IMG/VR virus record: IMGVR_UViG_3300008448_000049
Coordinates: 10,133 to 74,132 of that record
From: a virus
Strand: one strand, 5' to 3'
DNA length: 64,000 bases
Position 1 is the stretch's first letter. Every line of letters starts with the position of its first letter. The position numbers were made by a program, and so were the translations under genes. Below the pieces are notes generated by a model. The model searched no databases and had not been told where the DNA came from. It was given only the letters and a program-made list of their open reading frames with translations. Positions 21,201 through 29,100 of this stretch are shown here, in pieces.

Positions 21201-24200
21201 GGGCTTTAAAGATGAGGTTGATGAAACCTTTGGTGATGATGAGAGATTTGTAAACAACTTGAGAAATGACTGGATAAGCTTTTTATTCCAAAATCAGATA
21301 CGCAAATTTGATATAGATAAGGTTAAAGATTATAAAGGTCTTGTAATTCAGGATACTCTTGGTGTTAAGTTAGCACCTAGTATTAAGTATGGTGTGTTTG
21401 TAGCTCCGGATAAAACGGGAGCACTGACTGTTTATATGGATAAAGTAAAGTTGAGACAAGACTTTGCAAAACTATCTAACAGCACAAGCTTAGAAACTGC
21501 AACCCTTCTTCCTGACGGTACAATAATTAAACCGGCTGATGTTGATGCTGCAGCGTTCCCTACACCTGATACCTATTACAAATTTGTAATTGAGAGAGAG
21601 TTATTAAGAGCTATGTATCCTGGTAAAACAAAATGGTCAGTATTATTAGAACGTGCTGATGTTTCCCGCAAATTGAAAGACGCATTAGAATCTGGGCCAA
21701 CTTTTGAAGGTGAATCAAAACAGAAGAGAGAAGCTCGTATTAATACTGAAGTTTATGAAGAGACTCTACGTGACATGGCTTTAGAGAATACTTATAACAC
21801 TTGGAAGATGTTCCAAAGTCGTACCTCTATGGCTGATCAATTTAATGAGATTGCTGCATTATATCCAGAGCTTAGAAAAAACTACAGCTTAATGAATATA
21901 CTTACAGGTACAATCCGTAATGATAAAAACAATTCCAACCGTATTGGTAACTTACAATTACTGGATTCTCTTTTAGATGGTACTAAGTTGAACTTGTTAC
22001 ATCAGAACTTAAAAGACATGTCTGATCCTACTAAGTTAAGAATCAATGTTAAGTCTGCTCAAGAGAGAACTCGTATTGCTGAATTCTTTAACAAGTTTGG
22101 TCTATATGCGTTTTTACAATCAGGTTTAAATACTAGTGGAAGATTCTCATTAACAAGAGTAGTTCCTCAAGAGATGTTTACTGCAATGATGAGTGAATAC
22201 ATGGGTGACTTTATGAAGAACATGAATGAGCTTACCTTTGAACGTTACTATACAAAGTTTAAAGCTATCAATAGTAGAGCTGGTTCAACATCATACCGTG
22301 ATTACACAGTGCCTGAATTTGATATGGCTGCAGATAAAAATAAAGTTGTTGACAATCCTGTTGGAAGTGCCAAAGAATTAATGTTTAACGAAAAAAAATC
22401 AAGAATAGATAATTTTTATCTTGACAATGCTGGTAACAAACTTTATCATGCTAATGAGTTTAGCCTTAATAAAGAAGATACTATGCAAGCTATAACTATG
22501 ACTCAAGCTGCTGACATACTTGAAAGCAGACCTACAGAAGTAATTATCTTTAATGGTACTGATGGAACTACGGCTGGTCAAGGTACAAAAGGTGAGGCTG
22601 CATTTGATGCTTCCCTATCTACACACAGTAATCTTATTGCATTCCCTGTTAAAAAGAGTTATGAAATGATAAGTGGTAATATACCAAACAGCGCACTTAT
22701 AACTGATATCTCAATAGAAGAAGCTGAAAGAATGAAAGCTGAGATTAAACAACAGGAAAAAATCATTAATAACCTTGTTTCAGGTCCTAAACTAGAAGTG
22801 GGAGTATATGCTGAATACAAAGGTGATAATTACATTGTGACTAAAAAGCTTGATAATGGAACATGGCAACTTTATAATCCTGACATAGGTAGTAAACTAG
22901 CAGTTAGTCCTAGCAACTTTGCATTACTTATGGATAAACCTATTTCTCTAACCAATAGAGATGTTAAGTACTGGGTAAGTCCATTACACAATAATGCTAT
23001 TATATCTCAAGTAAGCAATAACAAAATGAACTGGCCTGATGAGAATGGTGTTAAAAGAGAAATAATGGCTAAGGTACAAAGTCAAAGTTCTAACAAAAAT
23101 GCTGATCAACAAAACATTACTCAACCTGCTCAGAATACTTTTAAATTTGCTGACGGAACTATTATTGATACGCCATTCAAACTTAATGAGCAACAGGAGA
23201 AAGCGTTGTTATCTCTTGAGAATTTTTATAACAAGCCAGGAGAGTATGATAATCAAATTACCTTGCTTGGTTATGCCGGTACAGGTAAGACTAGTATCAT
23301 CACAATCTTTGATAACTATTTAAAAAAGAAATTTGTTAAACCTCTATACAGTTCTCCAACACACAGAGCTAATGCTGTAACTAAGATGAAGAATCCTAAA
23401 GCTGCAGTATATACTTTACATAAATTGTTTGGTTTAAAAGGTCAAATCAAATTTGAAGATGGTGATTATGATTTAAGAGATTTGAATTTTGCAGCATTTG
23501 ATAAAGATGGCAAGCTTAATAAAAACGCTAAAGTTCAAAAGGGTGATATCTTAATTGTTGATGAAGCATCAATGGTTAATGACGCGCTTTATGATTTCTT
23601 AGAGAAGTTTAAACAGATTCTTAATCTTAAGATTATTTACATGGGTGATCCAGCTCAGTTAAAACCTGTTAAGCAAAAAGACTTGTCTAAAACTTTTGAG
23701 AAAGGAACACAGTTACAACTTACCAAAGTTGAAAGAACAGGTGACAATCCTATATTAGAAGAAGCGACCAACTTGAGAAATGGTAAAGATTTTAATTACC
23801 AGACTAAAATGATTGGGGAGCAAGGTGTTGAATACTCTGATGAAGCTAATTTCACAAACAGAATAATTGGAGAAAACTACACAAGTGATGAGTTTAAAGA
23901 TAACAAGCTTTATTTTAGAATTCTATCTGCAACCAATGCTGTTCTTCCAGGTATTAACAGAAGAGTAAGAGAGTTACTTTACGGTGATGAAGCTGATAAA
24001 CAACTTGTGAAAGGTGATTTATTGATGGGTAATAATAACTTTGATATAGATTATAAGACCAAGCAACCATTGATTATAAACAGTGGTGACTATATAGTTG
24101 ATAGCATTGAGGAGTCTGTAAAAACATTACCTGTAGGTAACAAGACAATCAGCTTTAATGGTTTTCAAGTTAGACTTAAGAATGTATTAGATCCAGAAGA

Positions 24201-26130
24201 GTCTGCTAAGAGTGTATTTATTGTAAGCAATAATGAGTCAGATGAGAAGTTAAAAGATTTCATGAATGAGATTGACCGTTTAAATAAACAAGCTGAAGAT
24301 TTTAGAAATCGCGGACAGTTTAGTGCTTCTGCTCAACTTTTTGCTGAGGCAAATGAACTTCAGTCTAGTCTTGCATTTATGAAAGATCTAGTATCTGATA
24401 ACAACAAAGTAAAAGTTAAAAAGACTTTAGACTATGGTTATGCTCACACTATCCACAAGTCACAGGGAGGAACCTATAACAAAGTACTAATACTTGCTGA
24501 TACTATTGATAGTCATAGAGATCCAGAAACACGTCAACAACTTAAGTATGTTGCAATGTCAAGAGCTTCTGAAAAGGTATATGTATCTACTAGTCATGAG
24601 TTAGGTACACCAATCATACGTGATGGCCTTGTCGCTCCTGGTGACGTAGCTCCAACTGTAGAGCCTGTTGAAAGTAAGCAACCACAAGCTTCTACAAGTA
24701 CTAAACCTGATATTATTTTACCAATTGGTACTTCAGGCAGTGGTAAATCTACTTGGATAAAATCTTTACCTAAAGGGCAATTTACTTTAATATCTCCTGA
24801 TGAAATGAGAGTGGAGTTTACCGGAGATATGAATGATAAATCTAAAGATGATGAAATATATAAGGCTGTAACAGAAAGAGCTATAAAAGCTGTAAAAAGT
24901 GGCAAGCAAGTAATCATTGATACTACTAATCTTAAGAAGGAAAGAAGAAGACCATTCATAGAAGCTGTCAAAAAAGCAATGCCTAATGCAAATATTCAGT
25001 ATAAGCTTATGCCATTGAATGCAGAATTAGCTAAACAAAGAATAAAAGCAGATATTGCTGCAGGAGTTAATAGAGCAAATGTATCAGATGAAACCATAGA
25101 TAGACATGCTGCATCATATAAAGAGATGTTAGAAGATATTAAATCTGAAGATATGTCTAATTATGATACTCAGCCACAAGCTTCTATAACTACTGATAAG
25201 TTTGCTAAGAAGAATATATTTACTGTAAAGCCTATACAAACAGCTGATACAAAAGCTATTATTAAAGCAAGTATAGCTACTCAGTTTATAGGATTTGGTG
25301 AAGGTATTGAAAGAAGCTCAACAGAAAGTTATAGACAACAAGTAGGAGCATTAGCTAATACAGGTAACTACTCAAAGGATGATGTTATATTTGTGTCTAT
25401 TGGTGGTAAAAGACCTGCTAACAATTTAGAACTCAGGAAAGCTCAACAAGATAGAACTATTAGAGAAGCTTTAAAAGCTATTGAAGCAGGTGCTACTATA
25501 CTTACTGATAATATAAATTACATACATACTGATAATAAAGGTAATCTTCAAAATGTAAATATGAGTGTAGAAGAATTTACTAAAACACAAGGTTTGTATA
25601 ATGAAGGTGAAAAAAGACTTGCTAAAAATCTTGAATCTAAAGGATATAACTACTCTGAAATAACAGTAGATGGTCAGCTTATTGGTACATGGAGTAAGCC
25701 ACAAGAAAGTAACATACCACAAGATACGCGTAATGGTGAGGACGTGCAGGATGATAGTAAAACTCCCCGTCCAATTAACGGTATGGTCATGGACCCCTTC
25801 TTTAAAAAGAAAATTGATAAGACTATACAGTCTATGCAACAGAAAAAGAATGCGGGTATGACGCTTGACTTTCCTGTTAATGGTATTGGACAGCACATGA
25901 TTGGAGCTGACCCTAACACTGGAAAATTAATTGGTGATATTAAGCCTATTGCATTATCAAGTTTCGTATATTTGTCTGAGCAGCTATTTGAGAAATTTGG
26001 GTATGTTAATCCTAACTATGAAAAGGTACTTGGATACATTGGGGAACAGAGCCCGATCCAAGCTGCTTCTGAAGTTACTGATGACATGCTTGACACAGCC
26101 CTTAGCTTTTGCTTTAACAATATAGTATAA
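12205..26130 (+). CDS. Virion-packaged two-barrel RNA polymerase polyprotein (zincin + RNAP + SF1 helicase + P-loop kinase + further domains), 4641 aa
   Basis: RIPTQ (~19528) and GGDFDIDK (DFDID at 19645-19659) match crAss-like RNAP catalytic motifs. DAQGWIT at ~18238. HEAWH at 14989. Helicase motifs GYAGTGKT, DEASM, GDPAQLKPV, HKSQG and YVAMSRA. Kinase motif GTSGSGKST. Confidence 0.9.
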   Translation: MSCLSQEEIRDALFDLVAGDLYDKAKEDQVIDLPAYIKEVYEFVKESSEDEATAISAAAMAPTIVKLILALDTELVDKIETKNPDLESDNLALIKKFKNNTDAVRETVGATKPVAIDDSTLKSSASIKVTDERPTSKIKESFNRFMTWAFQTFRVDIKNYENPKDNDWMKSKVEEALNFTVQKKINQALFEQGINDSSEMKLDGVEGGVYLRAMNGDTLRLNYAPLIPKTEKGWTPFLSKYDIYMVLTNEAGVPIQFDPEGTVVKDGQLSYLRAKSKAPMDAKGNYISHEDKEALEKYINKNVNNDPYYSSAISKKTGSEAVKVIAKSIQEQLEMMAKSYNPLYGTKKLTDKENEELKNRATDELKKEYAVLEKMRDYVIANSSNPDKFLLSVMTGTSEGFVPYSPYVTTPLKDINFEQGFQPRVIKEIQSATSNVYQSGVYFDYPNIDEPISINKKPLVQQDDILNSVIDLFTKDLWMTINGVLQPVPIGRREELINQFIVNDLHHVYFMADRKSGTINYEDKDGTINIMVDGTRYPLKFDGSKSGQEAAAAAIRKQLSTGMIVYDENGRYPEDKSINTKPKALKAASALNTQIVYAEYETDENGIKTIKPNDLERVNKPGVYAIQKGTNYDFVGTNGQPEYDYFHANVPSIVIVDKLIEPGYDEISFTQEGDKVILNTKNASYKDFLKNNFTTNAVPYNYNNTDEKGKIEVVNSSVTFSPTAESMIKLAGGEKNSGAVDNQEEIARLRAEEQELLKREIPNIDAYKVDGKVNPFLIPTTEEREKYEKIWEDYDKKISPLLKFAPAEPKAAETKPAEPTIEPLTTKTTASLSPEDILNSLNDMSNESDFERNSRLKLSGARGSKEQLDAAAEWYAKSPLKEHFPFKVVLAALNAQKPGPAARWAVNGITLFRYFNNPDVSGDYTDLYHEAWHGFTQTFLTPEEREAMYEEARKKKGSFTDYNGKRVAFADAKWKQLEEYLAEDFRAYMMSGGKIKDKTSSTKNGIFTRIMNFLKELFSGVNINDVNYSPLGIPKIQAMYENLKLGNLSGYNFNVENRDKTIGALDHAMIASKNDENMPELDFETTNKIMSSVNSIISSYTNTRNLKEDTRVHRQVYSYTTTLMKDKTRALEVYKYIKSIFENEVLSNLNRDLAAAKAKPDNEYEVIALEQDITGIQWAINNFGDLTNLANNKDGKDVIGYHLKTSRLLTEEDRAELLDEVSEVDALIKASEKFDRPGNDVGSYDMAPPEVKYVLSTIHKWEGTKPVMNSFGIQELSDPSIVWNRISRTLKGTMSASEMYEKLQAAAGKDPIIADLLKKLGPVKTHTAAETDLWIKFWTVFNKAEIPLMQMTVFREKDIEGRELDEYSIKIGSNNSVSRIAQTRWTNTFSTVTSDYRKRDPQKANEIYLDVKKVIEQFGVKDRTGKYIFEDAKNSYEFFRAIGIELSDSDELRDIVNKGKGKATRIFDRLNNILNRGTDKIYNLKDIFKEYPAVDKIAALSSETTLTDLANEEVKFADYASNYAVNNAEGNIQFEQSLHNSISIMISAINSSKDYADLISKPFMAHLDIDKNPFAKASVWLNSIYKMDEYKKGSTTEVGVKRDQKSDINLKAAINMSNLSGVSIVSDKRDEGVASASADEFTKLILDFHVSNVIGRPELMRHADKGTSFSLWLSDIITPGSSDNKSYVDTIDFINQPLDNGSQYVPGYGNASRVLKKYIDAEMQRITKLKALKDQKDLIYDAKYLKEGQNFVIFEDVLSPKTRAFLSNYPTLAEAAAVDPDISNDIDREIAKYFDNQSKQVGRMMNSANYISKSLMVKTATDANKANKANVTNKTVKNALIKSFVVNSWIHNIESMAVIYGDIAQYKLEKEEFHKRNAGAGSTGGLIASDPVFIEYVNNKSRLSNIPGRSNTYAEKMKIFGKDGQTKKLASDGSFQSAILEDNNIRSEYFEDIANALIDSEEKKLGSREKAIKKVLGFEVDKEGKETGKLGTIDEPFKNGSVYAFTEMNEGDAQGWITFDFYKATAILEGSWTPAQEKLYNKIINEEPVDYSEVLNFFPTKKYQYWGPVQHKDKDGKAIDGPPLTAFYKFSLFPLIPNVVKGKNLGALHTRMMEKGIDFAMFESGSKISNFTRINADGKADKDKFYSSVDGQDRTVDATGDMVPNTVFLQFLKKQLEIAPYFKGKVTFPTQMRKLIENGLMEAGVPTDYEMHLPVKQREKLWRSLSLEKKLENSQFYRLVKNYEKDLSDLTKLKMKKLEAEASIKRDEDGNVIFNEKLAEFIIKELDRQDLAEHEIGFIKSGTNNTLAHDLSYSLSAEKIEKILNSIVVKRLVKQKFKGEGLIQVSGAGFEDTLRGKLTDEEKAKYGTNGLAFYKRKGGPNGTTSAMKVKIALQGSFENLLYLKDKDGKEIGTIERLNQLLKDESWLDIGDHRKMVSITGPRIPTQENNSMEFAEVYEFLPREAGNIVILPSEIVAKSGGDFDIDKITFMMPNISSGINWASWLEEGSGKREELQKSTTLDLSAENVKRVIDNRKADELSVEDQAVLRILAENSDKNVKFPFDSKTEEGLENRILDDMKNILSLKENYVSLVRPNGTDIVKPLADELSSKVMDYNPKKRLYDAPNSSRIAGTRLFEIPYNMYKHTSNSIGKQTLGLGAVDNTFNTVFNRIGARMNYEYWGSRNVKRRLDLLFNHNTLQDDQGRDVISLSHLMDVNNDNSISSIIGQLINGWVDIAKDAWIFNLQGNKEISPSLLFLVQAGVPLKQAVYFVSQPIIREYVKEMQQAKSTFAGPMGKGTDNPNLFRGEARKVIFKKLGYDASQMAVFNENNEKKQEFLDKRTLELTDKKTGSEIDFFNPDKVEANLKNKIDAYANAVKEQQESSDSEAPLNYNYDVKDEAIFLHFLEVEEMTNSATKFKMALNVDTTKTNNIFQAQNKNEIIKDLQTDGKLPAEIVKLIQEESPIGSFFTQDFQIGLWKNLFKLRNDDDLNKWILNKTRQMGFKDEVDETFGDDERFVNNLRNDWISFLFQNQIRKFDIDKVKDYKGLVIQDTLGVKLAPSIKYGVFVAPDKTGALTVYMDKVKLRQDFAKLSNSTSLETATLLPDGTIIKPADVDAAAFPTPDTYYKFVIERELLRAMYPGKTKWSVLLERADVSRKLKDALESGPTFEGESKQKREARINTEVYEETLRDMALENTYNTWKMFQSRTSMADQFNEIAALYPELRKNYSLMNILTGTIRNDKNNSNRIGNLQLLDSLLDGTKLNLLHQNLKDMSDPTKLRINVKSAQERTRIAEFFNKFGLYAFLQSGLNTSGRFSLTRVVPQEMFTAMMSEYMGDFMKNMNELTFERYYTKFKAINSRAGSTSYRDYTVPEFDMAADKNKVVDNPVGSAKELMFNEKKSRIDNFYLDNAGNKLYHANEFSLNKEDTMQAITMTQAADILESRPTEVIIFNGTDGTTAGQGTKGEAAFDASLSTHSNLIAFPVKKSYEMISGNIPNSALITDISIEEAERMKAEIKQQEKIINNLVSGPKLEVGVYAEYKGDNYIVTKKLDNGTWQLYNPDIGSKLAVSPSNFALLMDKPISLTNRDVKYWVSPLHNNAIISQVSNNKMNWPDENGVKREIMAKVQSQSSNKNADQQNITQPAQNTFKFADGTIIDTPFKLNEQQEKALLSLENFYNKPGEYDNQITLLGYAGTGKTSIITIFDNYLKKKFVKPLYSSPTHRANAVTKMKNPKAAVYTLHKLFGLKGQIKFEDGDYDLRDLNFAAFDKDGKLNKNAKVQKGDILIVDEASMVNDALYDFLEKFKQILNLKIIYMGDPAQLKPVKQKDLSKTFEKGTQLQLTKVERTGDNPILEEATNLRNGKDFNYQTKMIGEQGVEYSDEANFTNRIIGENYTSDEFKDNKLYFRILSATNAVLPGINRRVRELLYGDEADKQLVKGDLLMGNNNFDIDYKTKQPLIINSGDYIVDSIEESVKTLPVGNKTISFNGFQVRLKNVLDPEESAKSVFIVSNNESDEKLKDFMNEIDRLNKQAEDFRNRGQFSASAQLFAEANELQSSLAFMKDLVSDNNKVKVKKTLDYGYAHTIHKSQGGTYNKVLILADTIDSHRDPETRQQLKYVAMSRASEKVYVSTSHELGTPIIRDGLVAPGDVAPTVEPVESKQPQASTSTKPDIILPIGTSGSGKSTWIKSLPKGQFTLISPDEMRVEFTGDMNDKSKDDEIYKAVTERAIKAVKSGKQVIIDTTNLKKERRRPFIEAVKKAMPNANIQYKLMPLNAELAKQRIKADIAAGVNRANVSDETIDRHAASYKEMLEDIKSEDMSNYDTQPQASITTDKFAKKNIFTVKPIQTADTKAIIKASIATQFIGFGEGIERSSTESYRQQVGALANTGNYSKDDVIFVSIGGKRPANNLELRKAQQDRTIREALKAIEAGATILTDNINYIHTDNKGNLQNVNMSVEEFTKTQGLYNEGEKRLAKNLESKGYNYSEITVDGQLIGTWSKPQESNIPQDTRNGEDVQDDSKTPRPINGMVMDPFFKKKIDKTIQSMQQKKNAGMTLDFPVNGIGQHMIGADPNTGKLIGDIKPIALSSFVYLSEQLFEKFGYVNPNYEKVLGYIGEQSPIQAASEVTDDMLDTALSFCFNNIV
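23170..24595 (+). other. Dda/RecD-like SF1 helicase domain within the RNAP polyprotein
   Basis: LNEQQ, Walker A GYAGTGKT (23269-23292), PTHRA, IVDEASM, GDPAQLKPV, YGYAHTIHKSQG and YVAMSRA. Confidence 0.9.
24706..25165 (+). other. Polynucleotide kinase-like (AAA_33-type) P-loop domain within the RNAP polyprotein
   Basis: IGTSGSGKSTW, ISPDEMR and IIDTTNL, followed by a lid-like segment ELAKQRI. Confidence 0.8.
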
Positions 26131-26135
26131 CCAAT

Positions 26136-29100
26136 ATGATAACATGTCCTAATCTTAGTAATCCTACTGTGAAAGCACAGTGGGATGCTATTGCTAATAA
26201 CCCTGCTCTAGGTAATAGAGAAGCCATGCGTGAATTCATGGAAGCTGAAATGAATAACAGGCCTATTGGTACACCTGAACAGGTGATGGCTAAACTTGAA
26301 GCTAGGGAAGTAGTAAACCCTATAGCAAGTCATGACAAGTTTGTTGCAGATATGAAAAATATTATAGCTGCTAAGTCTAATGACCCTGTACTTACTGACC
26401 CAGATACACTCTACGGCTTTGCTTCCGTAGTACAACCTATTAATACTAAATCATTATCTGTTACTGATAACAGTAACGGCCGTGCTATGGAAGTCTTAAA
26501 CAAGCTTTCTGAGGCAACAGGCATTAATTACTCTTTCATTACACCGGAGGAAGCAGTAATCATCACTGCTAATTCCAAGAACCCATACACTATAGGTAGA
26601 GCACCCGCATTTTTCCACGGGGGCACTGTATACTTCATTAATGGTATGGTTAATACAGAACTTGCTTTCCATGAATTTGCTCACCCAATTGTTCGCACTA
26701 TACAACAGGACAACCCTGTTCTATTTGAAAAACTATATATGGACGCTATTAGAGCTGACCAGACTCTTTTGGATGAAGCTATTGCAGAGTATCAAGATTT
26801 ACAAAAGGCACTTGACAATGCTGTTGAAGATGAAGAGAAAGATGCTATCAGACTTAAGTTACAGAAAGCTGTTGCGGAAGAAGTAATTGTTAAAGCACTT
26901 ACTAGAGGAGCAATGCTTAAAGAAGCGGGTATTAAACCAAGCACTGGATTAGCTAAAGCACTTAACAATATATTAGCTGCTATTAAAAAGATGCTGAGGA
27001 GCGTCTTTGGCAATAAAGTAAATGTAGCCAAGTTGGATGAAACTACTTCACTTGACAAGCTTGCCGAGATGTTACATGCCGGCGGGAACTTTGTTATAAA
27101 CACTGAGACTGTAAGCCAGGCGGATGTTGTTGCGTATAATCAAGACTTTCAAAATTATGTGAATGATTTAAAGCAAGCTACTGAAGGTGACAAAGGCCAA
27201 GCTGTGATGGCTATGGCTAGAAGAATTTATGAAGGTGCTACTGATCAAATTGAAATGATTATGAAGAACAAGAATTATCAGGAGATGATTAACTTGTTTG
27301 CCGATCAATACAACCGTGGTGACTTACAGGAGATGCGTGCTAATGTATCCCGTTATGCCCGTGAGCTTGAGACCAAAGCTGAATCAATGATTGAAGATAT
27401 CCAAAAGACTCAGAGTCAGGTACAATCTGTTGTAGGCGCTATGCTCCGTTTAAAAGTCATGATGACTAAAATGGAAGAGCACTTGAATGAATTAAGAAAG
27501 GACGCTACTAATAGAGACAACGTACACAGAGCTTACTACTATGCACGAGTACTTGAGTATTGGCAAAAGTATATTTCTGAAGCTCAAGATATGATGATTA
27601 AAGCAGGTGCCAAATCTGATTCTCCAATGAATCAATTGCTTGGTAGTATAGAAACTTCTATGAAAACTTCTGCTAAACACATCAACCAGATGAACAATGA
27701 AGGTATCTCTGATATCTTATGGGAACAATGGGAGAGCATGTCTAATAGAGCTGAAGAGTTATTTAAAGATAAGATTAAAAGATTAGAAGACCGGAACGCT
27801 AGCCAAGCTGCAATAAATAAAGAGTACGTTAAATTCTACGGTATGAATAAAGCTGATTATGAGCGTTACAAAATGCTTCAGGCTAAACAAGAATCAGGTC
27901 AGGATTTAACTTATGAAGAGAGTAAGGATTTAGAGATTGGTAAGAAAGCCAGCTTTGATGGTATAGTTATGTCTCGTGAAAAAGTTGCCCGTGCTATTCG
28001 TGGTGAGGGAGCAGATGCTAGATACATTGAGTCTTATTTTGAAGGATACCTTTATAGTAGTGACCCCGTAATTGGTGGCTTTGCTTTGTACTTTAAAAAC
28101 AACATGACTGAGATGGAAGCTAGAGTACAATCTAGAGTTAGCGGCATGTCGGGAGCACTTAAAGAATTAATTGATGATGCTGGCATAAACTTTTTAAAAC
28201 CAGGAGAGCTTGGTAAAAAGATAGGCTTTGTGGATAAGTTTGGATACATTGATAAGAATGGGACTTTCCAACAAAAAGAAGTATGGGCAATGCTTAATCC
28301 TTACAAGGATTATAGATATGATGTTGATAGGTTTAACAATGAGTTAAAAGGTTTACGTGACCGTTATAACAGAGACCGTAGTAAAGAGAACCAGGAAGCG
28401 TTTGCTGCTAAGCTTGCAGAGAAGAATGCTCACATGCGTAAATGGATGCAACAAGAATACGTTGATGAGTACTATGAAAAAGATGACTTACTTGGTAAAG
28501 ATGCATCAGATACTGTAGGACAAAGAGCTAAGTTCTTGAGAGATGAAATCTTTAATAGAATGGAGATTATTAATCTTGCAGCTAATAGAGATGACCAGTT
28601 AGTAGATAACACTAAAGAGATGGACGATCTGTGGAAAGAGTACAATCAACTGTATTCCTCCTATTACTTAAACGGACAAAAGAAAACAGGTGTTGATCTT
28701 GAAGTTGCCCAACGTTTACAACAACATAGAGATCTTACTCGCAAGTTCCATGAGTATAAACCTAGAACTGGTGTATATGAGAATGAACTAGCTAAGAAGG
28801 AACAACAGATCCGTGACAACTTAATCTCATTACAATATGAAGAAGGTACTGAAGAGTTTGATGATCAGTTTGAAGCTTACCGTGATATGTGGATTAAAGC
28901 AAATACAGTTACTAAAATTAAACCTGAGTTTTATGAAATACGTTCAAAACTAATTGAGAATCTTAAAGAGATATTAGGAAGACCTGCAGCTAGACTTAGA
29001 CAACAATTAAAAGATCTTGAGGCTAAAGGTATTAAAACCGCAGCTGACAGAGCGTTAAAAAAAGACTTAGAAGATAAATTAGTCTCTGCTGATACTAAGG

